A DNA stretch of 63,629 bases, filler included, from Candidatus Tectimicrobiota bacterium (GTDB taxonomy: Bacteria > JACPSX01), in NCBI GenBank assembly GCA_016193065.1. It is 7 parts of 7 records of this genome, joined end to end, with 100 filler letters (N's around TTAATTAATTAA, not from the genome) between each part and the next. Parts side by side here need not be neighbours in the genome. Positions count along the whole stretch, not along the records: positions 28,150 to 36,593 come from JACPSX010000203.1; positions 36,694 to 41,131 come from JACPSX010000079.1; 5 more parts are not named here. The stretch is one strand, 5' to 3'. Below the pieces are notes generated by a model. It was not told the DNA's origin. It searched no databases and was given only the letters and a program-made list of their open reading frames with translations. Of the stretch, positions 28,050 through 39,074 are shown one piece after another. The translations under genes were made by a program, and so were the position numbers. How positions within the stretch are numbered: the stretch's first letter is position 1; each line of letters opens with the position of its first letter.

Positions 28050-28149
28050 NNNNNNNNNNNNNNNNNNNNNNNNNNNNNNNNNNNNNNNNNNNNTTAATTA
28101 ATTAANNNNNNNNNNNNNNNNNNNNNNNNNNNNNNNNNNNNNNNNNNNN
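28050..28149. other. Artificial contig linker
   Basis: N run + TTAATTAATTAA + N run. Confidence 0.99.
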
Positions 28150-31100
28150 ATGTGGATCGCCACGGCTTCCCTCGCCGCTTTATCCAGGAGCGAATTTCCA
28201 TGGGAGCGTTGGAAAATGAGCGGCATCAGATATTCGAACATGGTCCCGGTCCAGCTGAGCAGCACCCGACGCCGGCCGATCGCGCTGTAGGGTCGGCTCA
28301 TCGAGAACCAATGTTCAATGGGGACGTCTCCCCGCGCGACGGCTACGAAACTTCCGAACCGCGCCTCACTCGCCAGAAGATCGTAGTAAGCGCTATCCAA
28401 GCGGCCTGCAGAGACGTTGTAGCCGATGGAGAACAGCCGTCGTTCAGGGTCATACAGGAAGCCCATGTCGATCGATTCGGATAACTCTCGCACATTTTTG
28501 ATGAGCCGCTCGCCCGAACCCAGCATTTCGCCGGCCAGCCATTTCGACTTTGCGAAGGTCTGCATAAGGTGGTCAAGCCATTCGAATAGGGGGACTACGG
28601 CCGCAGGAGCCGCCTCCCGGACCGACTGGAGGATCTGGATGCAACGAACGTGCCCGTTGGCAAGATCGACAAGTGAAGGCGCGTGATGCAGATCCTGGCG
28701 GATGGCAAGCACCGCATCCGGACCCAGCGGAGCGACCTCTTCTTCCGTCTTTTCAGCGAGGATTTCGATCCAGGCCAGATAACGATCCGCGATCCCTAGC
28801 CAGGCCGATACCTGACTCTCCATCTGCCCGGCCCAATAGGCTGCACCCGTTTCAATGTGGGCGGACTCACGCGCCTCATCGGCTAGAGTCCCTACGTACC
28901 CTTGCACGCTGCGCAACAGGTGAATCACGTCGACGATGCGATCCGGCGGGGCTTCCCATGCGCCCATCAGTTCGTCGAGAGCGTGCGCATTAAAACCGGC
29001 AATGCTTCCCTCTTCCACGACCCGTCTCAGAATTTCCTTGGTGTCACCCAGGCCTTCACAGGCTCTTCCATCAAGGACAGGTCGCTGAATCAGCTCATCA
29101 AGTCCATGCTCCAGGGTCCACAAGGCACCAAGCAGGTTTCCGCTGTCGACGGCGGACACGTAGCGGGGTTCGAGAGGGGTCAGAGTTTGAAGATCGTACC
29201 AATTCAGCAGATGACCCTCATGGCGCTCCAGTTTGCCGATCGTTTCCATGGAATGCGTCAGCTTTTCGACGACCTCATCCCCCGTCAGATATCCGAAATC
29301 ATGCGCGGCCAGCGCGCTCAGCATCCAGAGGCCGATATTCGTTGGACTGGTACGCATCGCCAACCGGTTCTGAGGAGAAACCTGGTAGTTGTCGGGCGGA
29401 AGCCAAGAGGTCTCCTCACTGACGAAGTCCGAGAAAAAGCGCCAGGTGCGTCGTGCGACATTCCTCAGGAACCGCAGATCCTGTCCTAGAAGCAGGTACT
29501 GCTGTTGCTTCGCCGGCGGTCCTACGTTCAAGAGCCATCCGAGCAAAGGAGACAAGAACCACAATACAAGCCAGGGGCTCGCCAGCGCCAGGTCTGACGG
29601 CATCCAGCGAACCACCGCCCAACCGACCATCACACTGAACAAGCTCCCCAGGCCCAAAGAAGCTACAAACAATGACTGCCGACGCGCGGCACTCCAAGGG
29701 ATCACCCGGGCCGGAGTCCACTCGAGCAACTTATGGCGAGTGATGAGGCGCCGGTACCAAACCCGCAAGATGGCATCTATAGCGAGCCCAGCTTGGTGCG
29801 GAAGCAGCGCGGCATCCGCAAGCGCCCGCAGCAGGTCGTGCGCCACCTTCGAGAAGGAGAAGCTCTTCAGACCCTTGTGGGTGGTCACCATTGTGAAGGG
29901 CTGCGCAAAAGGGTGGAAGAGCAACTGTATGGCGACCACAAGCGTAGAGATCCACCCAAGCTGGGAAGACGTAAGCCAGGAGGCGATCAGCAAGCCCAGG
30001 CTGGTCGCGGGTAGCAGGCTGCGGCGCAAGTTGTCGAAAATCTTCCAACGGTTGAACGTGGAGAGCGGGTTTGGGCCATGCCCTCTTCCCGACTGGGGAA
30101 CGCGAGGAAAGAGCCAATCCGCGATTTGCCAATCACCACGAATCCAACGATGCTGCCGGCTGCTGTAGCTCCGGTAACCCTGCGGGAACTCGTCATAGAG
30201 CTCAATATCACTGGCCAGACCCACTCGGACGTGCGCTCCTTCGATCAAGTCATGGCTCAGCACCCACTCTTCAGGGAACCTTCCTGAAAGCACCCGACTG
30301 AAGGCGCGCACATCATAGATGCCCTTTCCATGATAAGAGCCTTCGCCCGTGAGATCCTGATTGGCATCGGAAACCGCCTTGGTATATGGGTCAATTCCGA
30401 CCGCGTCGGCGAAGAGACGGCTGAAAGGCGAGGCACTTGTGCTCGGCAGGGTAGGACTCACGCGCGGCTGGATGACCGTGTAGGAGCCGGCTGCAATTCT
30501 CCCTTCGGCAGCGAAGCGCGGCTGGTTCAGGGGATGTGCCAGGGTCTCGATCATCCTGCGGGCAGTCCCATGAGGCAACTGTGTGTCGCTGTCCAAGGTG
30601 ATGATGAACCTCACGTTCGACAGATGATCCGGGTCGCCGACAAATACCAAACGGCCGGCATCTTCAGGCCGCGTTCCATCGATCAGGCGGTTGAGCTCTT
30701 CCAACTTTCCGCGTTTGCGCTCCCAACCGATGTACTTCTGCTCGGATTCACTCCATGTGCGGTTGCGATGGAAAAGGAAGAAACGCTCACCACCATACCG
30801 GTGATTGAGACCTTCGAGGCCTTCGATTGCAGTTTGGAGCAGCCGTTCATCTCCCTCACGGCGTGCCTGATCCGCATCGGTGTAGTCCGTGAAGAGGCTG
30901 AAGAGGAGATTGGCTTCTTTGTTGGCCAGGTACCTGATTTCCAGCTTCTCCACGTCGGCCCGGATCGCCTCCTCGTCCGCCAGCAGCACGGGCACAACGA
31001 CCAGCGTTCGAAATACATCTGGAATCCCTGAAGCCTCGAAATCCATCTTCGCAAGGGTGCGGGGTGGAAGCAGCCGCGTGACCAGGTAATTGATTACCTC

Positions 31101-32966
31101 GATCGCCAGTTGGCTGGCGGGGATCAGCAAAAGGAGTGCTATTGAGAGCTGAATCCCGGGCGACTGTCCGCCCAGGCCAAACCCGACGATCAGGGAAATG
31201 AACAGCGCAGAGAAGAAGCTGAGCCCAAGAAAGTACACGGCAGAATGATGGCGATATACCCATTGCAGAGCGCGGAAACGCGGTGTTTCACGACACCGTA
31301 TGAGCCGCGCAAACTCGCGCCTCCCTTCCCCGATGAGATAGGTCCCGACGTGGGTCCAGCGCTCATCCTCCGCCGATTCACGCCCGGCTCGTGTGGCCCT
31401 CTCGATAGCGCGTTGGGCGACTTGTTCCTCCGTTTGGCCGGACCCACGGGCGAACTCTTCAATCGCCCGGCGATACCGATCACGAGTGTCGAAATCCATC
31501 TTGGGATACACGCCGGATGGATCAAACCAAAGCAACTGCTCCACGTGGCTTAGATTCTCGAAGATCTGTCTCCAATCCAACAGAGCGAGCTGTCGCAAGC
31601 TGGTAAACGCATTCCCGATCGATATCTGATCCTTCGTCTGGCGGTTTTGCTCACGCAGGTTGAGATCGTTCAAGGATTTCCGGAGCGTGCGCTCAAGCCA
31701 GATCTGGACCGGCACCAATGCGGCCGCCTCGTCATAGAGATGACCGACAAGTTGAGAACCAAAATAGGGGCTCGGGCTCGGTTGGGTTTCAGCAAGTTCT
31801 GCCAGGATCGAGAAGAGCTGGTTAGGATCTCGCCGATTGGCTGTAATGAGCCTGTTCGCCCAGAAGCCGGCGATCTCACGCTCTCGCAGGTCTGTCAGGG
31901 CTCTTACGGCGAGACCCTGGATGCTCTCGATCAACGTGGTGCGCAGCATCTGGGGGACCGCCCAGAGTTCGCCGATCGTCAGCGTGCGCACGGATTGATA
32001 TGCTTCAATGAATGCCAGGATATTCTCCCGGTCGAGACGCAAGTCCGTATGGGAGACGAGTTCCTTCGCCAGGCCGTAGATGCGCGGTAGACCCCGGTAA
32101 GGCTCGTTGGCAAGTGCCGGTAGTTCCTGGTAGTAACGCCGGGGAAGGTTCAGATGAACCTCGCGGGCGTTGCCCTCGACGATGTATTCATTATCGAGAA
32201 TCCACTCGGCGCTTGGACTCACACTATGTTCCAGTCGACTCGCTTCGGAGAGATCCGAGCAAACCTGATGGACCCACTGACGGGCCCGTTCAAGACGATC
32301 GAGTAGTTCGGTATTCCGCTGCGGCTTTGGGTCCACCTGGTGATCCACAGCCAGGCGCTGGGCATGCTCCTGGATTTGTGCCGGGGAGAGCGGCACTCCG
32401 GAGCTCCGCACGTCTCCGATTGGACTCTCGCGCTGCGGATGCAGGACGAAGACCGCGGGCGGGACCTCGCCGATTTCCCGAAGTATCCCCACTGGAAGCC
32501 TCAAGGTCTCGACCGGCGCCTGGAGAATCAGAACGGTCTCCCCAGATACCAACCAACGTGCGTGATCCTCAAGCAGCCTTCGTTCGACACCGTATTTCGA
32601 CCGTCGTATCCACATCCCGCCAAAGAGGGCTCCGACGAATCCAGCCGACAGGATCGAAGTCAGGGGAGAAAAAGTTGCGCTCAGAATGGACTCCGGCCAG
32701 TGAAGGACCAGGGAAGCCACTCCGGCGAGACCCCCCAACAGGATGGTAGCCAGGGTCGCACCGAGGGCACGGCGCCAAAAGAACGGATCCCATTTGTGTA
32801 CGTCTCCGTCCGCGGTCTTGTGCACGAATGCAGCGCGCCGGAAGCCCCTCCTCTTCAGTTCCCGCAGGGCTCCACGAGCTTCATTCTGTCTTGCAAAGTA
32901 ACTTATGAGAATACCTGCTTCCACTTGCCGTCCTTGTCTCACCACTTTATCTAAGCTTCTAAGCAT
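28150..32966 (-). CDS. Cyclic beta-1,2-glucan synthase (NdvB/ChvB/Cgs-like), 3' truncated; start uncertain
   Basis: EWILDNEY, GWERKRGKLEE, ITLDSDT, GKGIYD, LSHDLIEG, RQHRWIRGDWQ, PPDNYQ, TSPTNIG, YDLLASEAR. Confidence 0.92.
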
Positions 32967-33161
32967 TGCGATGGTAGACCAGCCACTACTTCCGCCTCCG
33001 GATGGCCCGGATGATCTCGTCGAGACGATGGAGGGAGGTAAAGGTTCCAAGGGCAGACGTGGACGAGGAAACGAGGATAAGACCTCCCCCGAGTTGTTAG
33101 ATGGATGTTAGGTAAAAAGAGAAAGGGGCTAGGGAGTGTATCCCTAACCCCTATTATTATT

Positions 33162-33238
<77 letters not shown>

Positions 33239-33280
33239 CCGCGTTAGATTGGAAATGATCCGATCCAGAAAGCCGAATCC

Positions 33281-33308
33281 ATTATAGGTCTTGTTCCCAT
33301 AATGTCAA
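33281..33308 (-). promoter_or_regulatory. Sigma70 promoter for tRNA-fMet
   Basis: Perfect TTGACA-16 nt-TATAAT on the minus strand. Confidence 0.85.
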
Positions 33309-33367
33309 GATATTTCGGGCTCTTGCGCACCCCTTTCTTCCCGTATTCCCGTCCCCATGATGTGACC

Positions 33368-34579
33368 CTAGAGGGGGGTGACCACTTCCTCCCCCGACAG
33401 CTTCACATATATCTTCTCGGACCGCGCGGGCTTGCCCTCCATGCGGTCCTTGAGCCAGTCGGCCACGTACGTGCGAGGATGCGGGTTGGCAATTGAATGC
33501 TTTTCCCCTTCGCACACGATGAGGGTCTTGGGGACGGAAATTCCTTCCACATGGCGATAGACGTGCTCGATGGGGCAAAGCTCGTCATCTTCGCCAGCCA
33601 GAACGAGGTAAGGAGTCGTAATCCGGGAAGCAGCCTCTCGGGCGTCCAGAGTGCGGGCGAAGCGGTTAAATTCCTCTTCGTCCTGGTAGCCCGTCATGTA
33701 CATGTAGTTCAGCTTGAAGGTCGGCGAGGCTTTCTCGAATAGGCTGTTCATGCCCGGTTCCAGACAGATGTTGGCGACCGCGATGGCCCGCACCCGGTTG
33801 CCGGCTGCTGCGCCGACCAGCGTCCCCCAGTAGGACCCCATGCTCACCCCAAAGATGGCGATCCGTTCCGGATCGACCTCCGGGCGTCGGGCCAGCAGCT
33901 CCAGGGCCGCCGTTCCGGCCTCCGCGTAGTTCGTCGCGGTGACCCGGATCTTCCTCAAGTTGCTCGTGCCCTGCCCCGGTCCGTCCAGCCTCAGGACCGC
34001 CAGCCCCCGCTCCAGGAAGGAATCCCCATAAAGAGAGCCCTCCTCCTTCACGGAATCCATTCCTGGAATCCCCAGTATGGCCGGAACTTTCCCCTGGACC
34101 TCTCTGGGCAGGTGCAGAAGACCTGAGAGGCTTTTCCCCTCAAAGGGGACTTCCACCCGCTCGATCCGGTGATCCGCGTAGGCGATGTACTTGTCGTAGC
34201 AGTGGTCCTTGTCCTCTTCCCAGGCCATCTTCTGAGGATTGTCGTCTTCAAAGAGCGGCCACTGGGCGTGGCAAAAGAGCTGGGCCGCGATGAAATAGTT
34301 CTCCCGGGCCGTGACCAGGTAGCCTTCCCGCTCGGCCTTTTCCCCCATCTCCTGGCGCCGCTGGCCCCCCCGGGCAAACTCCCGGCCGATGTCGTTAAAC
34401 TTTTTCACCCGTTGGCCGATCGCCCGCAGGTCGCCGCCCACCGCCGCCCCGCAGTTGGCCAGGATCCTTCGGGTGCGCCCCTGATCCCAATCGAGCCCCA
34501 CCACGTTCACGATGTGATCGAGGAGCCAGCGCTGCTCCTGCCAGCGCTGGACTTTCTTTTCCGTATCGTCCCGCATCAT
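33368..34579 (-). CDS. Alpha/beta hydrolase (FrsA / 2,6-dihydroxypseudooxynicotine hydrolase-like)
   Basis: PGMDSVKEE, DGPGQG, GVSMGS, GEDD, H near the C-terminus. Confidence 0.85.
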   Translation of the reverse strand: MMRDDTEKKVQRWQEQRWLLDHIVNVVGLDWDQGRTRRILANCGAAVGGDLRAIGQRVKKFNDIGREFARGGQRRQEMGEKAEREGYLVTARENYFIAAQLFCHAQWPLFEDDNPQKMAWEEDKDHCYDKYIAYADHRIERVEVPFEGKSLSGLLHLPREVQGKVPAILGIPGMDSVKEEGSLYGDSFLERGLAVLRLDGPGQGTSNLRKIRVTATNYAEAGTAALELLARRPEVDPERIAIFGVSMGSYWGTLVGAAAGNRVRAIAVANICLEPGMNSLFEKASPTFKLNYMYMTGYQDEEEFNRFARTLDAREAASRITTPYLVLAGEDDELCPIEHVYRHVEGISVPKTLIVCEGEKHSIANPHPRTYVADWLKDRMEGKPARSEKIYVKLSGEEVVTPL

Positions 34580-34914
34580 GCCCCATTCTCCCGGTTTCGT
34601 AAACGCTCTTCACCGTGGCCCGCACCAACTCCGATGCTTTCTGCCGCCCGCGCGCGTTCTGCACCGCGACAAACGCCTCGATGTTCTTGGCCTTTTACTC
34701 CTTCGCCCCTTTTACTGTCAACTGCAAACCCGTCTTTTCAAGAGACTGCCAGTTCGTTTCCGACCCCGGCTTACCGGGGAATTTCCTTGAAATTTCCCGT
34801 CTTCTTTTGCTACGATTCCCTCTGTCGTAATTCCGGAGGGGCAGCTCCCTAATCCCAAAAAGGGTCCGTTTTCCAGCCAAGTTCCGGGCCCAGGAACGCG
34901 TTGGAGTTCCCGAC

Positions 34915-35820
34915 ATGGCAAACAAGCTGAAAAGCGCTGCCGATGTGGTTCGGTCCATTCCGGACGGCTCCTCCATCGCCTTGGGCGGGTTCGCCGTCGC
35001 CCGCAACGTCATCACCGTCGTCCACGAGCTGATCCGCCAGCACAAGAAAAATCTCACCCTCTCCCAATGCGTGATGGGGATGGATACCGATCTCCTGGTG
35101 GGTGCCGGCCTGGTGAGCCGTCTCATTGTCGGTGGGGGATCCCTGGACCGGTTCGGCCTCGTGAACTGTGTGAACAGGGCTCGGGAGTCGGGGCAGGTCG
35201 AATCTCATGACTACAGCAGCCTCTCCATCTGCTTCCGATATCTGGCCGGGGCCCTGGGAATTTCCTTCATCCCGATTAAATCCCTGATTGCCTCCGAGGT
35301 GCTCGAGCGGCTGGAATCGGGGCCGGCTGCCACGGATGTGCAGCGAATGAAATGCCCTTTTACGGGGGAAGAATACCTGCTGCTCAAGGCTCTGACCCCC
35401 GATGTCGCTCTCGTTCACGTGCAGGTGGCCGACCGCGAGGGAAACTGCCGGATCGACGGGCCTCGCTGGGAGAACGAGGAGCAGGCCAAAGCAGCCCGCC
35501 GGGTCATCATCATTGCCGAGGAGATCGTGCCCACAGAGTACATCCAACGTTACCCAGAGCGAACCGTGATCCCGGCACACCGGGTGGAAGCGGTCATTCA
35601 CCAGCCCTTCGGTGCCCACCCGACGGCCGTCTTTGGCTGCTACGATTACGACGGGGCTCACCTGGAGCTCTATGTGGATCACGTAAAGCGTCCCGATCGA
35701 GTGAACAAGTACCTGGACGAGTATGTCCTGAGCACTCGGGATCACTGGGAATACCTGGAGAAGGTGGGAGGACTCCAGCGCCTGAATGGACTGAGGGCCA
35801 GCCGCATCCTGGGCTATTGA
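34915..35820 (+). CDS. CoA-transferase subunit A (glutaconate CoA-transferase-like)
   Basis: IPDGSSIALGG, PDVALVHVQVADREGN, PFGAHPT, YDYD. Confidence 0.88.
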   Translation: MANKLKSAADVVRSIPDGSSIALGGFAVARNVITVVHELIRQHKKNLTLSQCVMGMDTDLLVGAGLVSRLIVGGGSLDRFGLVNCVNRARESGQVESHDYSSLSICFRYLAGALGISFIPIKSLIASEVLERLESGPAATDVQRMKCPFTGEEYLLLKALTPDVALVHVQVADREGNCRIDGPRWENEEQAKAARRVIIIAEEIVPTEYIQRYPERTVIPAHRVEAVIHQPFGAHPTAVFGCYDYDGAHLELYVDHVKRPDRVNKYLDEYVLSTRDHWEYLEKVGGLQRLNGLRASRILGY

Positions 35821-35867
35821 CCTCGCTCGCAGTCGCAGGGGATTCGCGTTTTGCCACTAGTAACCCC

Positions 35868-35973
35868 CCGTTCAGCCTTCGACCGGGTACCCGGCTTCCG
35901 GGTGAGGCCGAACGGGACGGGTATTGAAATCACTTGGTAGTTGACCGTTCGTGGTGAGCCTGTCGAACCACGA
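35868..35973. repeat. Two REP-like hairpins; the first carries a micro-element at 35884-35904
   Basis: CCGTTC..CCTTCGAC[CGGGTACCCGGCTTCCGGGTG]AGGCCGAACGG, then an empty copy CCGTTCGTGGTGAGCCTGTCGAACCACGAA. Confidence 0.85.
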
Positions 35974-36028
35974 AAAAGACTTTTTCAGCAGCTCGCTAGG
36001 GTTCTGAAGTCCGACCCAGGGAGGAGCC

Positions 36029-36593
36029 ATGACGGAAGGAGTCAGCGCCGCGGAAATCATGGCGGCTGCCGGAGCCAGAGAGTTGCGGGACGGGGAACTC
36101 ATTGTCGTGGGCCTGGGGTTGCCCCAGGTGGCCTGCGTCCTTGCCAAGCGCACCCATGCCCCCGGCCTCACCTCCCTCCTGGAGATCGGTGTGGTCGACA
36201 TGAACCCGATCGACACGCCGGTGGGACTGGCTGATTCCCGAATCTTTTACAGAGCAACCTGTTGGAGCGGCTTCCTGGACATCCTGGGCATGAACCTCCA
36301 CCGTGGTGTCGTGGACGTGGGATTCCTGGGCGCCCTGGAAGTGGACCAGTTCGGCAACATCAACACCACCCTCTTGAAAGAGGACTCCGGGAAGGTCCGC
36401 TACTTTAACGGCAGCGCCGGGGGCAATGACGTGGCTTCCCTCGCCAAGAGAGTCATCGTCATCATGCGCCATGAGAAACGCAAGCTCCCCACGGCAGTGG
36501 CTCATCTCACCAGCCCCGGGTTCCCGGGCGGGAAGCGTCGCCAGGAAGTGGGCCTGCGAGGGGGAGGGCCCCACCGGGTCATTACGGACAAGG
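36029..36593 (+). CDS. CoA-transferase subunit B, 3' truncated
   Basis: VGLGLP, E.G, DVGFLGA.EVDQFGNINTT, GSAGGND, TSPG. Confidence 0.88.
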
Positions 36594-36693
36594 NNNNNNN
36601 NNNNNNNNNNNNNNNNNNNNNNNNNNNNNNNNNNNNNTTAATTAATTAANNNNNNNNNNNNNNNNNNNNNNNNNNNNNNNNNNNNNNNNNNNN
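36594..36693. other. Artificial contig linker
   Basis: N run + TTAATTAATTAA + N run. Confidence 0.99.
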
Positions 36694-36797
36694 TGGGAGC
36701 GCGACTTTCCAGCCGGGTGCATGGAGACTGGATCATCCGGGGGCTGGCCATCGCCCTCGGGTTCGTGGGCATCCGGATTCTGTGGATGGCTTTCTAA
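36694..36797 (+). CDS. 3' end of a membrane protein (TauE/SafE-like)
   Basis: GARLSSRVHGDWIIRGLAIALGFVGIRILWMAF*. Confidence 0.55.
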
Positions 36798-36855
36798 GGA
36801 GTGCGCCGATCCTTCGGTCAGCGTCCGACGAACCGGCACCTCTGGATGTGACGCA

Positions 36856-37179
36856 GTGGAAATTCTGGAGCGTTACAAGACCTGGATTCACACCCACTTC
36901 GTGACCGACTGCGTTCGCCTGCCCGCGCACCGGATACGGGAAATTCAACAGGGGATTACCCCGGTGCTCCGGCGCCTGGGCATCGTCTACGGAATCCACT
37001 TTGAAAGCTTGATATCCGAGAAGACGATCCGCATCGTCCTCGAGTGCCTCCCCCTGCGGGAGGACCTGCAGGTGATCGAGGCCGAACTCAAGTCGATCAT
37101 CAAAACCATTCCCGCCCGGCCCGTTCCCACCGAAGCCATCCGCGCTGAAGAGCCCCCATCTCCTAAACGCAGAATCTAG
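36856..37179 (+). CDS. Hypothetical protein
   Basis: Globular-looking 107-aa ORF from GTG 36856. Confidence 0.55.
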   Translation: MEILERYKTWIHTHFVTDCVRLPAHRIREIQQGITPVLRRLGIVYGIHFESLISEKTIRIVLECLPLREDLQVIEAELKSIIKTIPARPVPTEAIRAEEPPSPKRRI

Positions 37180-37198
37180 AGCCGCTGCTGTCTCCGGC

Positions 37199-37615
37199 TC
37201 AGGCCCTGCCGTCCGCAATCCAGCGGTCAAGGAACCGGAAAATCAGCGCAATGAACAAGAGGCTCAAGCCCATCCAGACCCACTTCAGCCAGCCGTGAAA
37301 CAGCGCCGTCACCGCCTCCCCGGCAAAATATCCAGCACTGGTGACCAGGCCGGCCCAGACGAGACAGTTCACGGCTTCATACAGCGCAAACCGTCCGAAG
37401 GGCAAGGTGGTCGATCCCAGGGCCACGGCCCCCATCATGCGCATCCCGTACAGGTACTGGAGGATGAAGATGGCGGTCCGCGGATGGACCTCCAAGACCC
37501 GTTTCATTCGGGCGACGGTTTCCGCGAGCCTTTTCGAGGCCACCCGCGGAATCCCTCCCGGGAATCTTCGGCCGATAAGAATGAGAAGGCCGTACTGTGA
37601 AGCCAGGGCGATCAT
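37199..37615 (-). CDS. DedA family protein with apparent in-frame N-terminal deletion
   Basis: AGGAG RBS; QYLYGMR, F..YEAVNCLVW..AGY..G; lacks the EGE...D segment present in the paralog at 62808. Confidence 0.7.
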   Translation of the reverse strand: MIALASQYGLLILIGRRFPGGIPRVASKRLAETVARMKRVLEVHPRTAIFILQYLYGMRMMGAVALGSTTLPFGRFALYEAVNCLVWAGLVTSAGYFAGEAVTALFHGWLKWVWMGLSLLFIALIFRFLDRWIADGRA

Positions 37616-37738
37616 GGCCGGATCCTACTCCTTCCGAGAGGAAAGGAAACACAAAACCGGTCAACCCGGCAGCAACGTGAATCACTGTCATTCCGTCAGG
37701 CGGGTCGTCCAGGCCCGGGCCGCTGCGCAGGAGAGGTG

Positions 37739-37945
37739 CTAGCGATTCGTTTTTCCCGTGCCGGGAATCTCGGGACCCGACTTCTTTTCCCCGATTTCCT
37801 CCCGGGCTTCCCGCATCCCCGCTTTGAAATTCCGGATCGCCTTCCCCATGGAGGAGCCCAGCTCCGGCAGCTTGCCCGCCCCGAAGATCAGGACGGCGAT
37901 TGCCAGGATCACGATGAGTTCCGGCATGCCCAGATCCCCGAACAT
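37739..37945 (-). CDS. tatA: Twin-arginine translocase TatA/TatE
   Basis: G.PEL..IL.I.VLIFGAGKLPELG..MGKAIRNFK. Confidence 0.95.
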   Translation of the reverse strand: MFGDLGMPELIVILAIAVLIFGAGKLPELGSSMGKAIRNFKAGMREAREEIGEKKSGPEIPGTGKTNR

Positions 37946-38001
37946 AGTCTTTCCCCTCCCAGCGCGGCGGGCGTCCGCGTCTTTTCACGCGGACTCCGCC
38001 G

Positions 38002-38724
38002 TCAAGATTCTGTTCCACTCCCGGACCTCTTTGCTACTTCTTCCATGAGGTCAATTTGAACCTGCTGGATCTCGATCAAACGCTGCCACTGGTGGGACAA
38101 CAAATGGTCCAACTTTTCGTGAAGCTGGCGGATTTCCAGCTCCGCCTTCAGGTTGATCTGGTAGTCGTTCTCCGACCGCAGGCGATCTCTGGACTCCAGG
38201 CGGTTCTGGCTCATCATGATGATGGGAGCCTGAATGGCAGCCAGGCAGGACAGGACCAGATTGAGAAGAATGAAGGGAAAGGGATCAAACGGTTTCCTCA
38301 GCAGCATCACCGAATTGATCCCGATCCAAACGACGAGCACCGCCCCGAACGTCAGGATAAAGGTCCAGCTCCCGCCGAACGAAGCGATCTTGTCGGCCAG
38401 CCTTTCCCCGAGCGTTAAGGCCTTTTCAAACTCCACGTTGATGTTGCTGGACAGGAACTCATGCTGCTTGAGGCTGTCGACGACCTCCGCTTCCAGGGAC
38501 GAAAATTCCCCCTTTTCCGCTTCCAGGAGGTCTTCGATGTATTCGGCGCGAAACCGGTTCAGGTCGGTGAGACAGATGTATCCGGTCCGGGACCAGTTCG
38601 AGTGCCGCTTCCGGATCAGTTCCGCGATGGAGTTTCGGACCGCTTCCGCGGGCATCAGTTCGCTGCGGCTCACTGTCCGGCCGCAGATCTGGCAGGTGAT
38701 GGGAATGGGTTTCTTCTCTTTCAT
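38002..38724 (-). CDS. DUF1003 domain membrane protein
   Basis: GERLADKIASFGGSWTFI, FDPFPFILLNL, QAPIIMMSQNR. Confidence 0.92.
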   Translation of the reverse strand: MKEKKPIPITCQICGRTVSRSELMPAEAVRNSIAELIRKRHSNWSRTGYICLTDLNRFRAEYIEDLLEAEKGEFSSLEAEVVDSLKQHEFLSSNINVEFEKALTLGERLADKIASFGGSWTFILTFGAVLVVWIGINSVMLLRKPFDPFPFILLNLVLSCLAAIQAPIIMMSQNRLESRDRLRSENDYQINLKAELEIRQLHEKLDHLLSHQWQRLIEIQQVQIDLMEEVAKRSGSGTES

Positions 38725-39074
38725 TGCCTGGCTCCTCCCGCCGCCCTCCCGGAGCGACGACCGGGGACTTCGCCGCGCCGCACTCTCCTACGATAGGTCC
38801 GCACCGCAAGAAAACCATTAGAACTCAATTAGAATCCTCTCATGGGATGTGTAGGGAGGAACCTCAATTCCGCGAAGCCAAAACACGCATATACACCCCA
38901 TATGGAAGAAATCTCTCTGACTCAGTTAGTTTTCAGACGCTTGAGCCAACCAGAACGGGACTTTTTCGCCTCCAGGCCAAACCTCTATGCGCTGCCCTTT
39001 AGGCTATAGAAGTAACCCCCAAAATGTCATATACTTAGATCGATCAGCTAGTCTGTGCAGAGGCTTGAAGGAAA

